From NCBI GenBank assembly GCA_008632985.1, contig QPGO01000073.1, positions 248,001-312,000 on the forward strand: DNA of 64,000 bases. Reading direction: 5' to 3'. How positions within the stretch are numbered: the first letter of the stretch is position 1; every line of letters begins with the position of its first letter. The position numbers and the translations under genes are program-made. Positions 61,300-64,000 of the stretch are shown in pieces. The notes under the pieces were generated by a model. The model was not told the DNA's origin, did no database searches, and saw nothing but the letters and a program-made list of their open reading frames with translations. This DNA is from Psammoneis japonica (Eukaryota).

Positions 61300-63828
61300 T
61301 TTTCACTTTTCACACTTCACTCTGCTTTTGTCTGTGCTCATTCTTTGAGCACATTGCATTGTGGCAGACAATGGCACTCATGAAATTCTGAGCTGAGCAC
61401 CAAATGTTGGAAAACCAAAATTCCCCAAGGGTGGAGCCTTCAAAAAATGTCAACAGCACCTTGCAAGGCATGTTTTTCCCAAGAGCGCACTTCAGGTTCA
61501 GAAGTGTTGTCTGCAGTGCAATCTCAAGAAACCAGAGATGATGAAAATTTGAGAAATTGCCGCTTGGGTCCAAGAAGTCATCAAAGACCTCAAGTTCCAC
61601 CCTCCCTTTTAGGAAGATCAGAAGATCAAGGCAACAAGCTCAAGGACATCCTTCACAATCTTGCACTTGCCATTGTCAAGGTTTTGAAATTTTGAAGCAT
61701 GCCTTTGACAAGTTGGTCAAGTTTTTGGAGCATCTGGAGGTTGCCAAGGACACATTTGACTCCATTCATGTCAAGGCTGATGCCAGCAGCAAGTCTGGAT
61801 CAAAAGCAATGACAAATCCAAACATGGTTCCAAAAATGGTTGCCAATCTTGTGCCAAATGGTCTGAGTCCAACAAGTGGTGCAATTGTTGTGAAAAGACC
61901 ATTCATGTTGTGGACAAGCGCTGGGTCACATCAAGAGACCAGGCAGCAGAAAAAAAACTCAAGGCAAGTTCATCAAAGAAGAACATGAAATGCAAGGACA
62001 AAGAGTGCAGCTCTGACACCCTCACTGAGGAGAAATGCCAATTGAAAAATTGACTCACAGCAAATCTGATGAATGACTGTTGTGTGCAGAGGAGTCGTGC
62101 GCATCACTGGATGTCAGGAAGCCCAGACAAAAGGCCAAAGTGGCACACACTGGTCCACCAGCAGTCATTGCCTGCATGACACTTCTCCAGAAAAAGAGAA
62201 AAATGAGCCTTTGTGTGTTCTGCTCAACAGCGGAACATTGTCGACCACAATTTTGCAGAAGTTTGTGTGAAAATTGAGAATGAAGAAATCTGCTGCCAAA
62301 ACTTGGGAAACCAAGGGTGGGCTCTTCACAACTGACAGCTGCTGTTCAACTCAGTTCTCATTGCCTGAATTTGACAAGCATGAAAAGAATGAAGCCACTG
62401 TGCATGTGGACATCAGCGCTGCTTCTTCATGTTGCTGTGATGTGGTCATGGGACATGACTTGATGTCCAGTCTTGGAATTGTCCTGGACTTTGTGAGTGA
62501 AGAAATTGAATGGGAAGATGCCATGACCACACCCATGAAGAACCCAATGCCATTTTGGATGCCAAAGTGTTCGCACTGATGGCCAGTCACATTGAAGAAT
62601 CTCATGCTGTGAAAAGTCTTGATGACAGGATTGACAAAATCCTTGCAGCGACTGTCATGCTGCCAACCTCAATGATGCAATGGCTGCTGCAACTCAGCCA
62701 ACTCCAGTGGAGCAGAAACAACTGAACTTCCTCCTAAAAAGATTGGAGCCCTTTTTTGTGGTTCTCCAGGCAAATGGACAGGGAAACCAGCGCATCTCAA
62801 GGTGAAGCTGGGTGCATGTCTGCATCACATGATGTCATTTCCCGTCCACAAGCCTTGGAGGCAACCACTTGCCAGGAGGTTGTGAGACCATGCAAGCCAA
62901 AAGTGCTAAGAAAAATGACCATTTGAGTGGGCAGCTCCAACCTTTGTTCAACCCAAAAAATGGCCAAGTTTGGTTTCCACCCAACTTCCCTGAACTGAAC
63001 AGTGGTCAATGCATGCACTGCATCCTCTGCCAGATGTTCAGGACATGCATCAGAAGCCAGAAGGTTTCAGGTGTGCAAACTCACTTGATTTAAACATGGG
63101 ACACCATCATGTCAAGTTGGTGCCATTTGCACAGCACTTGCACAATTGTCATGTTGTGGGGCAAACATGAACATTGCAGACCACCCATGGACATTTGTGG
63201 AGCTCCAGACATCTTTCAGGGGGCACATGAGTGAGCTGATGGCAGGTCCAGAGTTTGTCAGGATGCGTGTTGACACCACATGCCATGCACTGAAAAAGGT
63301 GACTTCAAAAACCACCTCTCAACACAGATGATCTTCATGTCGCTCAAACAAGCTGGTGTCAAGCCACCAGAAGTTGACTGCTTGGGCTTTCACATCACCT
63401 GAAATGGCGTTGAGCCAATGCTTGAGAAAGTGGAGCAGATTTGCTCCATTGCAACTCCTGCAACTTGCAAGGAATTGCAGTGTTTCATTGGTGTGTCGTC
63501 AATTGCTTTTGGGGCATGTGGCCTGGACGGTCTCATGTGCTGCCCCTTGGCCAGACTTGGATGAGCACAGAACAAAAAGCCTTCAAAATGTGAAGTGCAC
63601 TGTGTCAAAATGTGTGCTGTTGTCATGCCCAAATTTCAACAAACCCTTTAAGACACACACGCTGATGCAAGCAGTGCTCAATTGGGGGTGGTTGTGACAC
63701 AAAACAACTGACCCATTGCCTTCTGCAGTTGCAAGTTAAATGCACCAGTGCAGATGCACTGCACTGCAACAGAAAAAGAACTTCTGTCCATGGTTGAAAC
63801 ACTTGAGGAATTCCAAAACATCCTGTTT
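61300..63828 (+). mobile_element. Decayed Ty3/Gypsy LTR retrotransposon (gag-protease-RT-RNase H), interrupted by a MITE
   Basis: VLLNSGT protease site, WETKGGLFTT, CDVVMGHDLMSSLGIVLDF, PDIFQ..MSELM, LLSCPNFNKPF, DAS, PIAFCSCKLN, TEKELLSMVETLEEF. Confidence 0.9.
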
Positions 63829-64000
63829 GACGCGTTCCAGCCCTGGCAGGTGGGAGCTCGTAGTGCTGACGTGTGACACAAATAATTTTTGTCATCCGTC
63901 GTATGTTTCGCACGTGCATTTCTACGTGTGACATTAAAAAAAAATTGTCCAGACTCGCTGTTTTGCGAAGCCCCAGACGTTTTACATGACGAATTTATAG
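63829..64000 (+). mobile_element. Partially converted MITE copy running off the window end
   Basis: GACGCGTTCCAG terminus; tcatccgtcgtatgtttcgcacg is identical to ~51793-51815. Confidence 0.9.

Noticed and set aside
1..64000. Alternative genetic code or recoding as the cause of Tyr-free ORFs
   Set aside because: Genuine genes here use Tyr and all three stops normally, and the depletion is frame-independent.
1..64000. tRNA or rRNA genes, or a gene for the putative mutator enzyme
   Set aside because: None recognised by eye; no deaminase-like or polymerase-like host ORF seen in this window.

Overview
Eukaryotic DNA, most likely from a diatom (inferred from DUF6824 proteins, a gametolysin M11 peptidase, PAS-adenylate cyclases, a COG3899-like ATPase and diatom-style Gypsy/Copia remnants). 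About 17 host genes or gene models alternate with sharply bounded blocks of decayed repeats (about 1-2300, 7400-8320, 26500-33270, 41570-42840, 49810-55520 and 59330-63830). The dominant unexplained signal is that these blocks have lost almost every TpA dinucleotide and many CpG. Comparisons inside the window (a 1.45-kb duplication, four copies of one MITE, conserved Gypsy/DDE/DsbA motifs) show TpA being replaced by TpG or CpA. This is a repeat-targeted T:A->C:G change, the opposite direction to fungal RIP. It erases Tyr, TAA and TAG codons and produces the many spurious Cys/His/Gln-rich ORFs in the track. Many genes carry isolated frameshifts, which may be assembly errors, so the signal must be confirmed with an independent sequencing chemistry. 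All counts and alignments were done by eye.
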